DNA of 64,000 nucleotides from Utricularia gibba (GCA_002189035.1 NEEC01000018.1:62001-126000), one strand, 5' to 3'. Counted from the stretch's first letter, positions 39,130 through 51,665 are shown. Made by a program: numbers and translations. Notes: generated by a model from the sequence alone, not told the origin.

Positions 39130-41170
39130 GGGACCAAAGACAGTTAATGTAGTCAACTAACCCATGGGTTTTCTAAGTGAATGCCTAGTTGAGTCTTCTT
39201 GTTCAATTCCCTTCTATTTTCTTTTGGAACATAAATAAAACATATACATCCAAACACATGAATGTGTTTCATGCTAGGTGCTTGCTTATGCCACATTTCA
39301 TATAGTGATTTATTCTCAACGAATCTCTTTGTTGGTAATCTATTCAGTACGTACACAACTGAATTCATGGCCTCACCTCAATATTCCAAAGGTAAGTTTT
39401 TTTCATACAGCATGCACCTTGTCATCTCTATTATGGTGTGATTTCTTCTTTCACTTACTCCATTTTTCTCAATGGTATATGGTGCAATAAATTGATGGAT
39501 TATAGCTTGTTGCTCATAGATTTCTACAAGCTCATGTCACATATATTCACCCTATTCTCAACTTGAGCATTAAAGATCTTAAAGCAATTTGTTACTTCAA
39601 AACTGATAAGTATAATAAATAACCATCAATACCTAGTATAGTCATACACAAATATTAAGAAATACTTGTAATCTACAAGTATAGTCATGGGTCCACACAT
39701 CGGTGTGAATTACTTCCAGCTTATGAGTTGTAACCCAAGTTCTTTCATTGAATGGTTTTTTGATGAATTTACCAATTTGGAAAATTTCACACATGTCATG
39801 CCCTTGTCCGAACACCGGAATCCCTTTTGCCAGGTTGGTTTTTGACATGTGACTTAAAGATGAGAAGTTTGACATCTTCCTTGACAGCAAAACAGGTATC
39901 AGTTAGAGCAATGTTTGATTGAAAAATAATAGGAAAGATCCTACTTTCCATTTTGATCTTGAGTGCAAGTTTTCCTTATAGCAGGTAAATATTGCAAAAC
40001 TATTTGCTTAAGCGAATATCAAGACCCTTGAGCATCATCTATCCCACATTCAAAAGACTGTGGCGCATGCCTTTAGTGTATAAGACACTTCTTATATCTT
40101 TAGGATATAGTTACTTGTTTCTAGCAATATGCTTCCAAGTCCATGTACTCGTATGGATCTCCCATCTACTACCTCAATTTTTTTTCTGAGTAGTGGTCTA
40201 TAATTTGAGAAGATACTAAATCGTCTTGTTATATGATTGCTTTATCCCTTTATTTGTAAGGTTGTTGGTTGTGGATAGTATTGTATCTTTGTGTAGTGAG
40301 TAAATCTCAATCATTTCCTTATCTTTTGAAAAGAATTATACAATACTTATATGTTGGCCTTTGATTCATTTTTGTCCTCTCATTTTCATACAAATTTCTC
40401 GACATACCTCTTCTTGCACACCCCTCTCATTGTGGCCCTTTTTTTTGTAGTAATTGCAAACTTTGCGAGATTAGTAGAAGCAGTTGGATGGGCACTTGGT
40501 GTAGCTTCCTTTCTTCTCAACTTTCTTTTGTATTTATGTGTTTGCTTATAGTTGAAGAGTGCATCTAATAGTTTTTCATAGTTATACGTAGCAAGTAACC
40601 CGATCGTAGACAATGTGGCAATGCATGTTCAATATCTTTTTCCTACACATTTAAGGACTTTTTCCTTAACATGCCCATCATCCGTTGTCTACCCAAATAT
40701 TTGAGTTGTCTTACAATTGCATTCACAAAGACTATTAGATTACTTATAGACTGACCTGATTTCAATATGAGATTGTCAAGAATATGCCACTATTTGTCAA
40801 CTTCTTTTTGTTTCTTTTCAGGAGTCATAGCATAGTTCTTGAGTAGGATTTTCGATGCTTTTTTTTGGTGATTTGTAGCCAAGAATAAGGTTGTAGGCCT
40901 CATTTGTAATGGCCAAAGCGAGTGCGTGCATGGCATTCTCCATCTTCTTTCTTTGCTTTCTTTCAATTGCATTCTTTGTGTTTGAAGTTGAGTTTTTTTT
41001 TTCTAGATTGTGATGTATCTACTTATTTGGTTGAATCATCCTCTTCAAATAGATCCTAGAGATCAAGACTATCTAGATGAATTGATATTTTATCAGCCCA
41101 CGCATCATAGCCTCCTTTTCCATCAAAAATAAGAGGTGGAATGAAGTAACTCACAAACACCATGGAAGAT
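39130..41170 (-). mobile_element. Ty1/Copia remnant (gag to integrase/SH3), heavily decayed
   Basis: PLIFDGKGGYDAWADKI..LDL (gag N-terminus), CEIFQIGK..KPF..KLEVIHTDVW, YVLNRLPTK..YEMW..HVFGCICFIYVP. Confidence 0.85.
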
Positions 41171-42489
41171 TTGGTCGAAAGAAACAAACAAGGCTGAATT
41201 GCTTCTTGATATTTGTTAATTTGCTTGTGCTTCTTCAAAATCCGACAATTGTCACCATATAAGAAGTTGTAGCTCACAAATTTGAAACCTGAATCTTAGT
41301 TTTTTTAACCGACGAATTTGTAGTTTTTTTCACTCAAAAAAGTATGTTTACAATGCAGTTTTCCTGACATGTATAGGCTATTTGTTGTAGCCGTTGGAAT
41401 GAGGATACCATTGCAACCTCCTTGGGCTTCTTAGGTGTGGTCCTCGCAATGGGTCTTCCTCAGACTTTGCTCATTAGTTGGCTGTCGAAGTCCATCTCTT
41501 CTTTTATCCAAGTAAGAAGTGATGGCCCAAGACGCCATCTCCACTTCCCTCTCCCTTCCGCAGAGTGCTGCTACCAGAATTGCCTCGTCGGAACTCATAA
41601 GCCAAATTAATATTGATTATTAAATTATTGATAAAAAAATTATCTTTTAAAAGAAAATATAAATTATCCTAATAAATGAACAAGAAGCTTTTAGTACTTA
41701 TCGTATGTAAAATATTATTATTTTTGAATAATAAAAACTAATTCTATTTTTTATAATAAATAATATTTATTTAATAATTTTAATATTAGAAATACAGATT
41801 TCACAAAAAAAATAATTTTTGTAAATATTGTAAAAAAATTGTACAAAATTCATGTTTTTGATAAGCGTTATTACATATTAAAAAATATAAATTACAATAT
41901 TTATAATGTAATATATAAATATAAATAAAAAGATGGACAATTTTCTAAATTTGAATAGATGGTTAGTTTTATTAATTAAAGTTTTTGGTATGGTAATTTT
42001 CAAAATAGAGAAGGGTCACAGTTTGAGTTTTTACCAAATACACTCACTGCAAAAACATTCAATTCCAAAACCACCCACTATGTGCATCTCACCTCTAATG
42101 TGTGTCAAAACCACACATCCTACAGATTTTCTTTTCCATTTTTGAATTTCTTTTTGACAACAATTTTTAATACTAATATATTTTTTACAAAAAAATAAAA
42201 ATATATTACATTCGTTTTGCAAATATTGTAATAAATATTATTAAAATATCTTTTTTAGAATTCAAAAATTATATTAAATAAAAAAAATTAAATTAAATTT
42301 TTCATAATGTATATTATATTTAATTATTATATATTCAAAAATATATACAATTAAACAATGGAAAAATAAATAATTTAAAAAAAATGAAAATCAAATTATA
42401 TTATATATTCTTTTAAAATAATAAATCAAATTAAAAATCATAAATATCGTTTCATTTAACTTTTTCAAATTAATATTTTTATTTATGTT

Positions 42490-43200
42490 GATCACTGTAT
42501 TAATTACAGTTATCAGAAATAAAAAAAAATATATAAAGAAAACAACAATTACATATTTTTGTCGATCACTACAATTTATCAATTAAAGTTACTAGAAATG
42601 AAACTAATATAAAGAAAATAATAATTACATATTTCTTCCAATCACTACAATTCATCAATTACAGTTATCAGAAATAAAATTAATATAAACAAAATAATAA
42701 TTGCCTATTTCTAGTGATCACTGAAATGATCAATTATAGTTACCACAAATAAAAGTAATATGAGAAAACCATAATCATTTATTTATGTCGATCACTATAA
42801 TTCATCAATTACAGTGATTAGAAAACATGGTGATATTAGTCTATTAAGCAAAAATGTTCCGAACAAGCATAAAATAGAAAACAAGAATTACTCGAGTAAT
42901 AGTTTGTATCTCTAAATTTTACGGTCACTGTAATTACCAATTACAGTTATCAGAATTGAAAGTAATATAAGGAAATGATAACTTGTTTCTACGGATCAGC
43001 GTAATCATCAATTACAATTACTAGAGAAAATGTTTATAATACTTTATTAAGCAAAATGATGATTACCTATTCTGCAGATCATCGTAATCATCAATTACAA
43101 TTCTCAGAGAATATGCTTATAGTACTCTACCAAGCAAAATGATGATTACCTATTTATGTCGATCACCGTAATCATTAGTTACAGTTACTAGATAACAATA
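42490..43200 (+). repeat. Tandem array, ~70-bp unit, about 9-10 diverged copies (left array)
   Basis: Recurring gatcac(t/c)(a/g)(c/t)aat(t)catcaattacagtta(t/c)cagaaat. Confidence 0.9.
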
Positions 43201-43245
43201 AAGCAAAAGTGTTTCTAATATGCATAATGAAATAGAAAATGAGAA

Positions 43246-45041
43246 TTACTCTACTAATGCTTTGTAATACTCCCAGTCTGGATAGTCTTCATTCATTGAA
43301 GCTTGACCAATGCGAAAATCACGTACAAAAAAGGGGGCATCAGATGCATCTATAAGTACTTCAAGAAAAGTCTTCATCTCACCCCCTTCCATAAAAGATA
43401 ATCTTTTTTATGATCCGTGTGCTTGTAAGAGTATGGAAATATGGCATTGTCAACCTATTTGAGAACCAGTAGAGTATAATTTAAACTAAAAAAATAAAAT
43501 TTAACTTATGAAATTTTCAACTAAAATTATTTTCGGATTTGTTATACACTTGTATAGTGAATCATCTACCAATAAGATGTTACCATGTGTATACCGGCCA
43601 TGAAAAGCATCATCCTCCATATTTTTCGCAACTCTTTCAGCAAAATCATACTTGCTGGCTTCTTGAGGACTCGAAGGTTTGTGGTGGTGCATTTCGTTCC
43701 ATCCCATATGAATGTCAAATTTGACATCTTCTCGCCAAACATCCAATTAATGACTTGGTTTAGTTGTGCAGTGTTACAAAAAGAATAACATGTAAAACAT
43801 ATATATAAAAAAGATAATATAATATTTTATATGTTACGCTCCACGTGACGACCATAGTGCAACATCAAAATGTTGCATACACCATTCCATAAACTCCCTA
43901 GCATTTGGTCTTAGAAACATTGAAAATATAACATATGCAATAAAGTCAAGTCAATAAATTAACAACTAACTATATGTTGCAAATGTGTGAAATACTAAAT
44001 AAATACCATACCTGCTCGCCCATAAATCCACTTGTCTGGACGCCCTTTGATGGTTGATGATGAATGAAAAATAATATCAGCAAAAATGCCATTGACGTCG
44101 AATACTACTAATTTCCGCGCCGTTAGAATATGACTACTTGATTCACAGAAAGAAGGCCATCTGGATTGTTACCACTTTAGTTGTTGCTTCAACGCCTCAT
44201 TTTCAGCTGCCAAATCATTTGTTTCATTGTCAACCGCCACATCTTCGTGTAAATTATCAGCATCATTTCCACTTTGATCATTCATATCATTATCCTTCTT
44301 TGTAATCCTTTTTTTTTCCACACCAAAACTTGGCTATGCCTCGGATTCTAAAGATGGGAGGTAGGATTGTAGTCAATGACTTAGTCTGTCCTTTAAAGAA
44401 AGCAATGAATTCATCAACGACATCCCTTGGTAATATCTCAACACCTAACAGTAAGCATAAGTAAATTAGATCAATAAAATCAGAACAATTCTTATAAAAG
44501 CACATAGTATAAAAAATTGTTTAACACATAAAATACCTTGTGGTTTTCCAATAAGATGAGAATTTGGAACTGTGCGTGGGAAATCATTTGGTAAATCTTC
44601 GGGAGACGAAACCCCTACAAAACTTGTCTACCAACTATCATACCTACTTCGTAGACCTTTCACTAATTTAATTGTAGACTTACCCTTTTTCACATAATTT
44701 GGTGAATCCTTTATTCTACTACACATGCTCACAACAAAGAAAATAGAAAATTCTAGGGGAATGCTTTCCTCAAATGCAATGTAAACCCATGCCAATATAT
44801 ATGCCACTTACTTAGGAGTCAAATGTGAAAATGGAATTTGAAGCCATGTCAAAACTTGCAACATAAATGGTAGCACTGGCACACGTAAGCTACATCTAAG
44901 GTGCTCAGTGCTGATAGCAAAACCCCTAGGACCAACACGTTCTAGAATATCACCAATGATCTCTTCATCCTCTTCCTTATCCCACAATTGATATTCTGCA
45001 TGAATATTGAATCGAAGCCTCAACTTTTCTGATGTGTTCAT
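43246..45041 (-). pseudogene. Multi-exon FCP1-homology/NIF (HAD-superfamily phosphatase-like) gene with an unidentified N-terminal region; inactivated
   Basis: Approximate exons 44812-45041, 44527-44610, 44012-44444, 43838-43919, 43525-43773 and 43246-43454. Motifs: RKLVVFDVNGIFADI, VFLRPNAREFMEWC.QHFDVALWSSR, LTFIWDGTKCT, LLKELRKIW, GRYTHGNILLVDDSLYKCITNP, NAIFPYSY, IGQASM..YPDWEYYK. Lesions: frameshifts, an in-frame TAA, and two acceptors reading AA (43920-43921, 43774-43775). Confidence 0.85.
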
Positions 45042-45079
45042 CTCTGCATAAAGAACAATGAAAATGGAAACTTTCAAAT

Positions 45080-45900
45080 CCATAAACTGTAATGAAAGCA
45101 TTTCAATTATTAAAATTTCATAATAAAATAAATTTTGTATAATTTCATAGCCACACATCGCAATGAAATCATTCTAGTGACTAAAATTTCATAGCCGCAC
45201 ATTGTAATGAAAGCATTTTAGTGACTCAAATTTCATAATAAAATAAGCATCGTATAATTTCATAGCCACACACCGCAATGAAGTCATTACAATTACTAAA
45301 ATTTCACAATAAAATAAACTTCACATAATTTCATAGCCACACATCGCAATGAAAGGGATACAATGATGAAAATGTCACAATAAAATCAACTTCACATAAT
45401 TTTATGGCCACACACCACAATAAAACAGATACAATGACTAAAATGTCACAATAAAATAAATTTCGCATACTTTCAAAGCCACACACCACAATGAATACAT
45501 TACAGTGATGAAAAATACAAAACAAAAAAACATCTGCATAAAGCCACGCACTGCAATGAACAAATTACGATATCTCCAAATCCAAAATATAATAAACATA
45601 TGCATACTTTCAGATCCACGCACCGCAATTATCGCACAATACGGTGACGAGAGTAAAATAATGTTTCATATGCTTAGAGATCTTTGCACATTACAGTGAC
45701 CGTAATTTCTAAATGAAAAACAGTAGGGATACTTTCAGAGCAATGCTTGTAACAAACGCATTATGGTGACTATAATTTTTTTAAAAAAAAAAAGAAAGCC
45801 ATCCATCCTTTTTAGATTCACTTACAACATTGATCAATACAGTGACGAAAATTTTCAGATAAAACAAATCTTGTATGCTTTCAAGTCCTCGTGAAATAGA
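45080..45900 (-). repeat. Tandem array, ~70-bp unit, about 8 copies, in the inferred leader intron of the FCP1-like gene
   Basis: Recurring catagccacac(a/c)(t/c)cgcaatgaa..tac(a/g)(a/g)tgac. The candidate intron runs from donor CAG|GTATGC (~45964) to the acceptor at 45044-45045. Confidence 0.85.
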
Positions 45901-46219
45901 GAACACAATACCATGACCATTAAAATATAAAAAAACATAAACAAAAATTACACATAAAGCATACCTGTTCTGTGTGAAAAAACTTTGAAATGTGAAGATT
46001 GATACGGTTGTTGAAGAAGGAAGAGAAGAATGGTGTAAAAATTTTTAAAGTAATTAATTTTTTTTTAAAACCCAATTTAATAAATTCAGGAAAATTGCCA
46101 ATCTATTTTATCGGGAACCGAATGATACTTTTTTAATTAAAGATATTGTACCACGTGATAAGTGGAAGGCGCGCGAAGTAAAATTTGACGTGATTCTGCT
46201 AAAAATAGCAGATTTATGG

Positions 46220-46251
46220 ATGGTCACCGTAATTGAATATACGGTGACCAT
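46220..46251. repeat. Perfect 12-bp inverted repeat (hairpin) next to a telo-box-like motif
   Basis: ATGGTCACCGTA-attgaata-TACGGTGACCAT, followed by agggtttagggt at about 46256-46267. Confidence 0.9.
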
Positions 46252-46489
46252 ATTCAGGGTTTAGGGTAAATGAGGTTTACCATATCTATTGATGTACCAT
46301 ATCACTGTGATTTCAAAGGTGTTTCTCAACAACCACGGTCATCTCTTCAAGAACGACTTGAAGGTATGAACACTAGGTTTGATTTTCCTAGCTCGTCTAC
46401 TCAACAGCCTAGGAAACAGAAGTCACTAAATTTTTTGGGTCGTTTTTGAAATAAGGATAAATATTATCAATATGTAAAATATTATTTGC

Positions 46490-47050
46490 CTGGTAATTGT
46501 AATTGATGAATTATGGTGATCGGCATAATTATGAAATTATCGTTTCCTTTATATTACTTTTGTTTTTGGTAACTGTAATTGATGATTACAGGGATTGACA
46601 AAAATAAACAATTTTCGTTTTAGTTACATTCATTTCTGGTAACTGTAATTGATGATTACAGGGATTGGAAAAAATAAACAATTTTCGTTTTGCTTATATT
46701 ACTTTCATTTCTGGTAACTATAATTGATGATTACAGGGATTGAAAAAAATAAACAATTTTCGTTTTGCTTATATTAATTTCATTTCTAGTAACTGTAATT
46801 GATGATTTACAGTGATCGCCAGAAATAAGTAATTGTTATTTTCTTTATATTACTTTCATTTTGGGTAATTGTAATTGATGATTATAGGGATTGTAAAAAA
46901 TAAACAATTTTCGTTTTGATTATATTATTTTTATTTCCTCTAACTTTAATATATGATTACATTAATTATAAAAAAATAGAGAATTATTTTTATTACTTAT
47001 ATTACTTTCATTTCTGGTAATTGTAATTGATGAATTGTAGTGATTGGTCA
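46490..47050 (-). repeat. Tandem array, ~60-70 bp unit, about 8 copies, inverted relative to 42490-43200 (right array)
   Basis: Recurring atttctggtaactgtaattgatga(a)ttac(a/g)g(t/g)gat, the reverse complement of the left-array unit. Confidence 0.9.
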
Positions 47051-48089
47051 ACATAAATTAACATATGTAAAATTGAAATACAATTAGTATATAATAAAAC
47101 ATGAATTTTATTATTATATTATAAAAAAATCGACACATTATAGATATATATGTATTATAATGATTCATATAAAACATATCTTTGTATTTTTTCAAAAAAA
47201 TCGAATATCTTGTGGAATATTATAAATATAAATATTATATTTTGTTATTATTTTAAAATTTTTGTACATTTCTTGTAACTGTAATAGATTATTACGGTGC
47301 TTGAAAATTTCGGAAACTGTAATTTATATTGTAGGCATCAATTTCAATATAAATTAATATATGTAAAATTTGTTTTCATTAATCTAAATTTAATTATAAT
47401 ATATAGTAAAACATGATTTCTATTATTATATGTTCAAAAATAATGATACATATAATATATATGTTTTATATTTGTAATTTAAAAAAAACGTAAATATCTT
47501 AAGGATTATTAGAAATATAAATATGTGTATTTTTATTTTAAAATTATACAATTATAATTATGAGTAATTTTTTAAAAATATTTTATTAATTAATTAGTTT
47601 GAGTGACATAAACAGTGTTTTAAAAAAAATTTGACATATTTATAACAGAAATTATATTATTTAAATGTATATATTTATTATATTTAAATGTGTATAATAT
47701 CTAAAAATAAAAGTAATTTAAAAAAGAAAAAAAAAATTAGTATGTTGATTTTATACACATAGTACACACAATGTTTGTTTTTGTATATTAGTTTTTTTGA
47801 AATGTGGTTTTGAAAATGAACCGTCAGAGTTCTGATAAATTGCATGTGCCAGATGAACCGGTGTCAGCTCATATTTTCTCTTCGGGAACCCGTCCCAGAG
47901 TTCACGTGATACCCTACGGAAACCGAGACGCTGACAATACCCATGCACACAGCTCTTGGCGTTATCGTTCCCCACCGAATTCCACATGTTATTTAACGTG
48001 GGGTGGGGTTCCCGACTTCAGAAAAAAGAAAAAAAAAAAAAAAAGGAACAGATCGCCCGCCTTCTCGCTTTCGGCTTGGAGCTGATATC

Positions 48090-48386
48090 ATGGTGAAGAA
48101 TGCACTTGCAACGCTGTGCATCGTGTTTATCGCTCTCCTCCTCTCTGGTAACCGCTGCGCGAATGTTCAATCAGGACTTTTTTTTGCATGCAAATTGTAA
48201 AGTGTGATGGTTGCAGTAGCGGTGGTTCCTGTGGTGGAGGGGAGAATATGCGAGACGTGGAGCAACAGATTCAAAGGGCCGTGTTTGAGGGACTCCAACT
48301 GCAAAACAGTTTGCCAAGGGGAGGGGTTCCCCGACGGCGACTGCATGGGCTTTCGCCGCCGCTGCCGCTGCAAGAAGCCCTGCTGA
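48090..48386 (+). CDS. Class I plant defensin (CS-alpha-beta, 8 Cys), 75-aa precursor
   Basis: Exons 48090-48147 and 48217-48386, with a phase-1 GT-AG intron in the signal peptide. Mature peptide RICETWSNRFKGPCLRDSNCKTVCQGEGFPDGDCMGFRRRCRCKKPC. Confidence 0.96.
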
Positions 48387-49514
48387 ACTCAATCACACCC
48401 ACTGCTGTGGTCCTCTACTCCTGCTGTATTGTGGTTTAAACGTTGTTAACTTCTCCCAGTGTGGCCACTGCTACGGCTCCCTTTCTTATATCTAAAAAAT
48501 AAAAACTTCCGTAAAATGTTTGCTGAAAAATGAATACCGTTCAATGTTCGATGCATCGTGTAAATTAAAAAAAAAAGTTCTTTTCATTCAGAAGTATGTT
48601 AATTTAATGTAACCCCTTGTAAATTTAAAGATTTCACGTTTGTCACATGTTGTGACTTGTGCATATAGAGGTTTGGATAAGGATTCGGAAAAAAATTCAT
48701 CATTTTGGAAATAAAAAATAAGAAAATAATGTAAGGTGTTGCATGTGCAAGTCAGTCTGTGTCGGCATACCTCACTTATATTACCTACTATTCCAAGCCT
48801 GCGTCGAGTGGGTGACTCTTTTTAACTGTTTCAGTTGTTATATACTTCTTCAAAAGGAACCCCTAGAGATGTTAATGAATCGGGTTGGGTTGCGACCCGA
48901 ACCCCAACCCATACACAATTATTTTTGAAAAATCGGAACCCAACCAAATATATAACGATTATGAAACCTCAACCAAGATCTTACAACCCAAAAGTAGGGA
49001 CTCCAATCCAATCCAATTTCGTTTAATCTGATAGTTGTTTTTTATTTTTTGTGGACAAAAAGTAAACTGCAATTTTAGCGCAATAATTGTGATTATTACT
49101 CATAATTTATGAGTACAAAATGACGGATAATGATGCTATGAATTATAAAACGAAATAATGTTTTAATTAATATATAAAATGAAGCCTGATAACCAACTAT
49201 AATAATAATCCTCATGATAATTATTAAATTCAACTTATTCTAATTACGTTCTAATGATTTATAAAAAAATAAAATTTTCTTCGTATACTCATTATCGAAA
49301 GGGCCTTCAATAAGGAAATGATAATTTTGTAAGCGGTAAATTGCAGGGGAGGGTTTTTCACGGAGGGGTCTGCGCTACGAATGGATCGTACCGGTGGGCG
49401 TGAGGTCCACACGCTCACATGCCCAGCCACCGACTTTTGGCGTTATCCTTTGCCTTGGGGTTATTTAACAGGGGGTTCCTCAGCTCCCACAATCATCCCT
49501 TGCGAATTGCTATC

Positions 49515-49816
49515 ATGGAGAAGAAGGGCTTTGCGATGCTGTGCTTCGTGTTCCTCACTCTCCTCTTCTCTGGTAACCGAATGCATCAACAAGCCATGAA
49601 TGAATGTGATAGTGGTGTATGAAAATTGTTATGCGTATGGTTGCAGGAGTGCTGGTTCCTGGAGCTGAGGGAAGGATCTGCGAGACGCTGAGCGGAAGAT
49701 TCAAAGGGATGTGCTTCAGGGACTCCAACTGTAGGACCGTTTGCCACGGGGAGGGCTTCCCCGATGGAGACTGCCATGGCTTCCGCCGCCGCTGCGTCTG
49801 CCGGAAACCCTGCTGA
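49515..49816 (+). CDS. Class I plant defensin, tandem paralogue, 75-aa precursor
   Basis: Exons 49515-49572 and 49647-49816. Mature peptide RICETLSGRFKGMCFRDSNCRTVCHGEGFPDGDCHGFRRRCVCRKPC. Confidence 0.96.
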
Positions 49817-51665
49817 ACCTAAGCCAAACCCTTTTCCTTGGCAGATCCCTGTTGTTTGTCCTCTTTTACTTGCATTCAGCTGTCTTCTTGTCACCGAACG
49901 ACCACACCACGGAGTGTTGTTGTTCTGCTTCTGGGGTTCCCTTCAATTATCGTCTCAAGAATAAAAACCTTCTATGTTATCTCCGTACTTTGCGCCATTG
50001 GTGCTAATAATTCATCACATTTAATATATGTTACTAAAAAGGAAAAATAGCGCTCGCACCTCGTTGCTCTTATTCAAATCACCGTCCGGTAAGGATGAAC
50101 AAGGAATGGGTGCCCGACAAGGCCTGTAGTAGTAGGAGGGCCACTCGTTGAGGAGTTTATCCTGGAGGATGGGCTCCATAGAGGCGTGCAAGTCTCCTTC
50201 CATGGGATATCAAACCCAATCAGAGTGTTACGAGGTTAATGAGATTTTCGTAGTTCATTAAAGATTCTATAATACTCAACAATTTAGAGACAAATTTGCG
50301 GGAAAAGCAAGGGGTGAAGATTAATGAATTGCAAAATAAGAAAATCGGGTTACTCACACGTGAGAAGAAGGAATTCCATTAACATTTTGAAGGGAAAATG
50401 AACAAGGTTTTGTGTGTGAGATTTTTTATATTTTAATATGTAAAAGTGGACTAAATCCATTGATTTAGTCCACAAAAAATAAAGGCATCTTGTTTAAACT
50501 CTCATTGTGATTGTTACTTAAATATGAGTGGTGTTTTTAGTACAGCTTCAAGTATCCTTAATCACAATTCTACAAACCCAATGCTTTTTCAAACAATAAA
50601 AAATCAGAAAGTTTGGTAACAATTGACAAAGGCAGTTTCGTTTTATTTTATTATTATTATTATTATTTTTCAGTTGTGTGTTCATTCCAAACCCAAGCCC
50701 ATCGTCCGATAACTGGCCTTCATTGCTCCATCGAGAGTTTGATGTGGGCTCATGCACTTATCATGGAACACTTCACTTACATGAGAAGGATCTTAACTAT
50801 AATTTCTGTGCGTTTGTAGCTGGAAGATGGATGGTCATTTAGCTTGTCTCTTTATGTAATGCCAATGAGAGCTTATGTCACAATCCAACTTCGTTTTGTA
50901 AGATATTATCTATTTTAGATACCTAATATTTTTTGTAGTTTTATGTTTTTTTTTCCTTTGATACCAATATTATGACCTATTCTTGTATTGTATGATATTG
51001 TTCATTTCGAATACTCGATCTTTATGATTTTATGTTCTTTTTTTTCAACAAAAAAACCTCGTATAAGATTAGAAGAACCCTCTATTTAGATACGTCTCAT
51101 CCCCTGTCCATAATTAATATGAAATATTGTCATTAGGCCTTTGGCCTTACGCCTTACTCTTTTTAAGATGTTGATGATCCAAGTAATATCATGAAGTCAA
51201 TCGTTGTTAGTCTGTGTGTATTATTGCTTTCACCTATTTCCTATCAAAACTGCTTTAATCAGTTGAATAGCAACCGCACAGATTAAATTCCATCTAAAAC
51301 ACACCACGTGTGCATTTTGGACTCCCTTTGCACAAAGTAATGGCCACTGTTTTATAAAGCAATTCATTGATTTTCCAGTAATTTAGGTTCAATAGTTTTT
51401 TCTATAATATATTCAATCTAATTCATTAATTTTTAAATATATTTATTATATAGCGTAAAATATTTAAAATATAAAAATGTTATCAAGCATTTTTCAGAAT
51501 TTATTTAGATTATTAAATTTAATTTAAAAAATCATAAATTCGAATTGAATTCAATATAACTCGAAATGAAACTCATGATTTTAAAATATTGATAGTGAGC
51601 ACACCACTTCGTGATTTCCTTTGCACCTCTGAAGAATCAACACTTTCTTTCGCGTTCCTGATCAT

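Noticed and set aside
45331-45699. Cys/Val-rich short ORFs in the middle array
   Set aside because: Translation of tandem repeat units inside an inferred intron.
42490-47050. CRISPR-like reading of the arrays
   Set aside because: Eukaryotic context; units diverge throughout with no constant repeat and unique spacer pattern, and there are no cas genes.
41620-47830. Exact outer TIRs and TSD for the array-flanked element
   Set aside because: Only short shared words (caaaaccac, actatgtg) between about 42070 and 47800; termini could not be fixed by eye.
49586-50050. Antisense and alternate-frame ORFs over the defensins (also 48167-48439)
   Set aside because: Shadows of GC-rich defensin codons with no recognisable motifs.
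50021-50230. GC-rich patch after defensin 2 as a third defensin or an ncRNA
   Set aside because: No Cys pattern, signal peptide or known RNA motif; also unassigned is the similar patch at 41400-41610.
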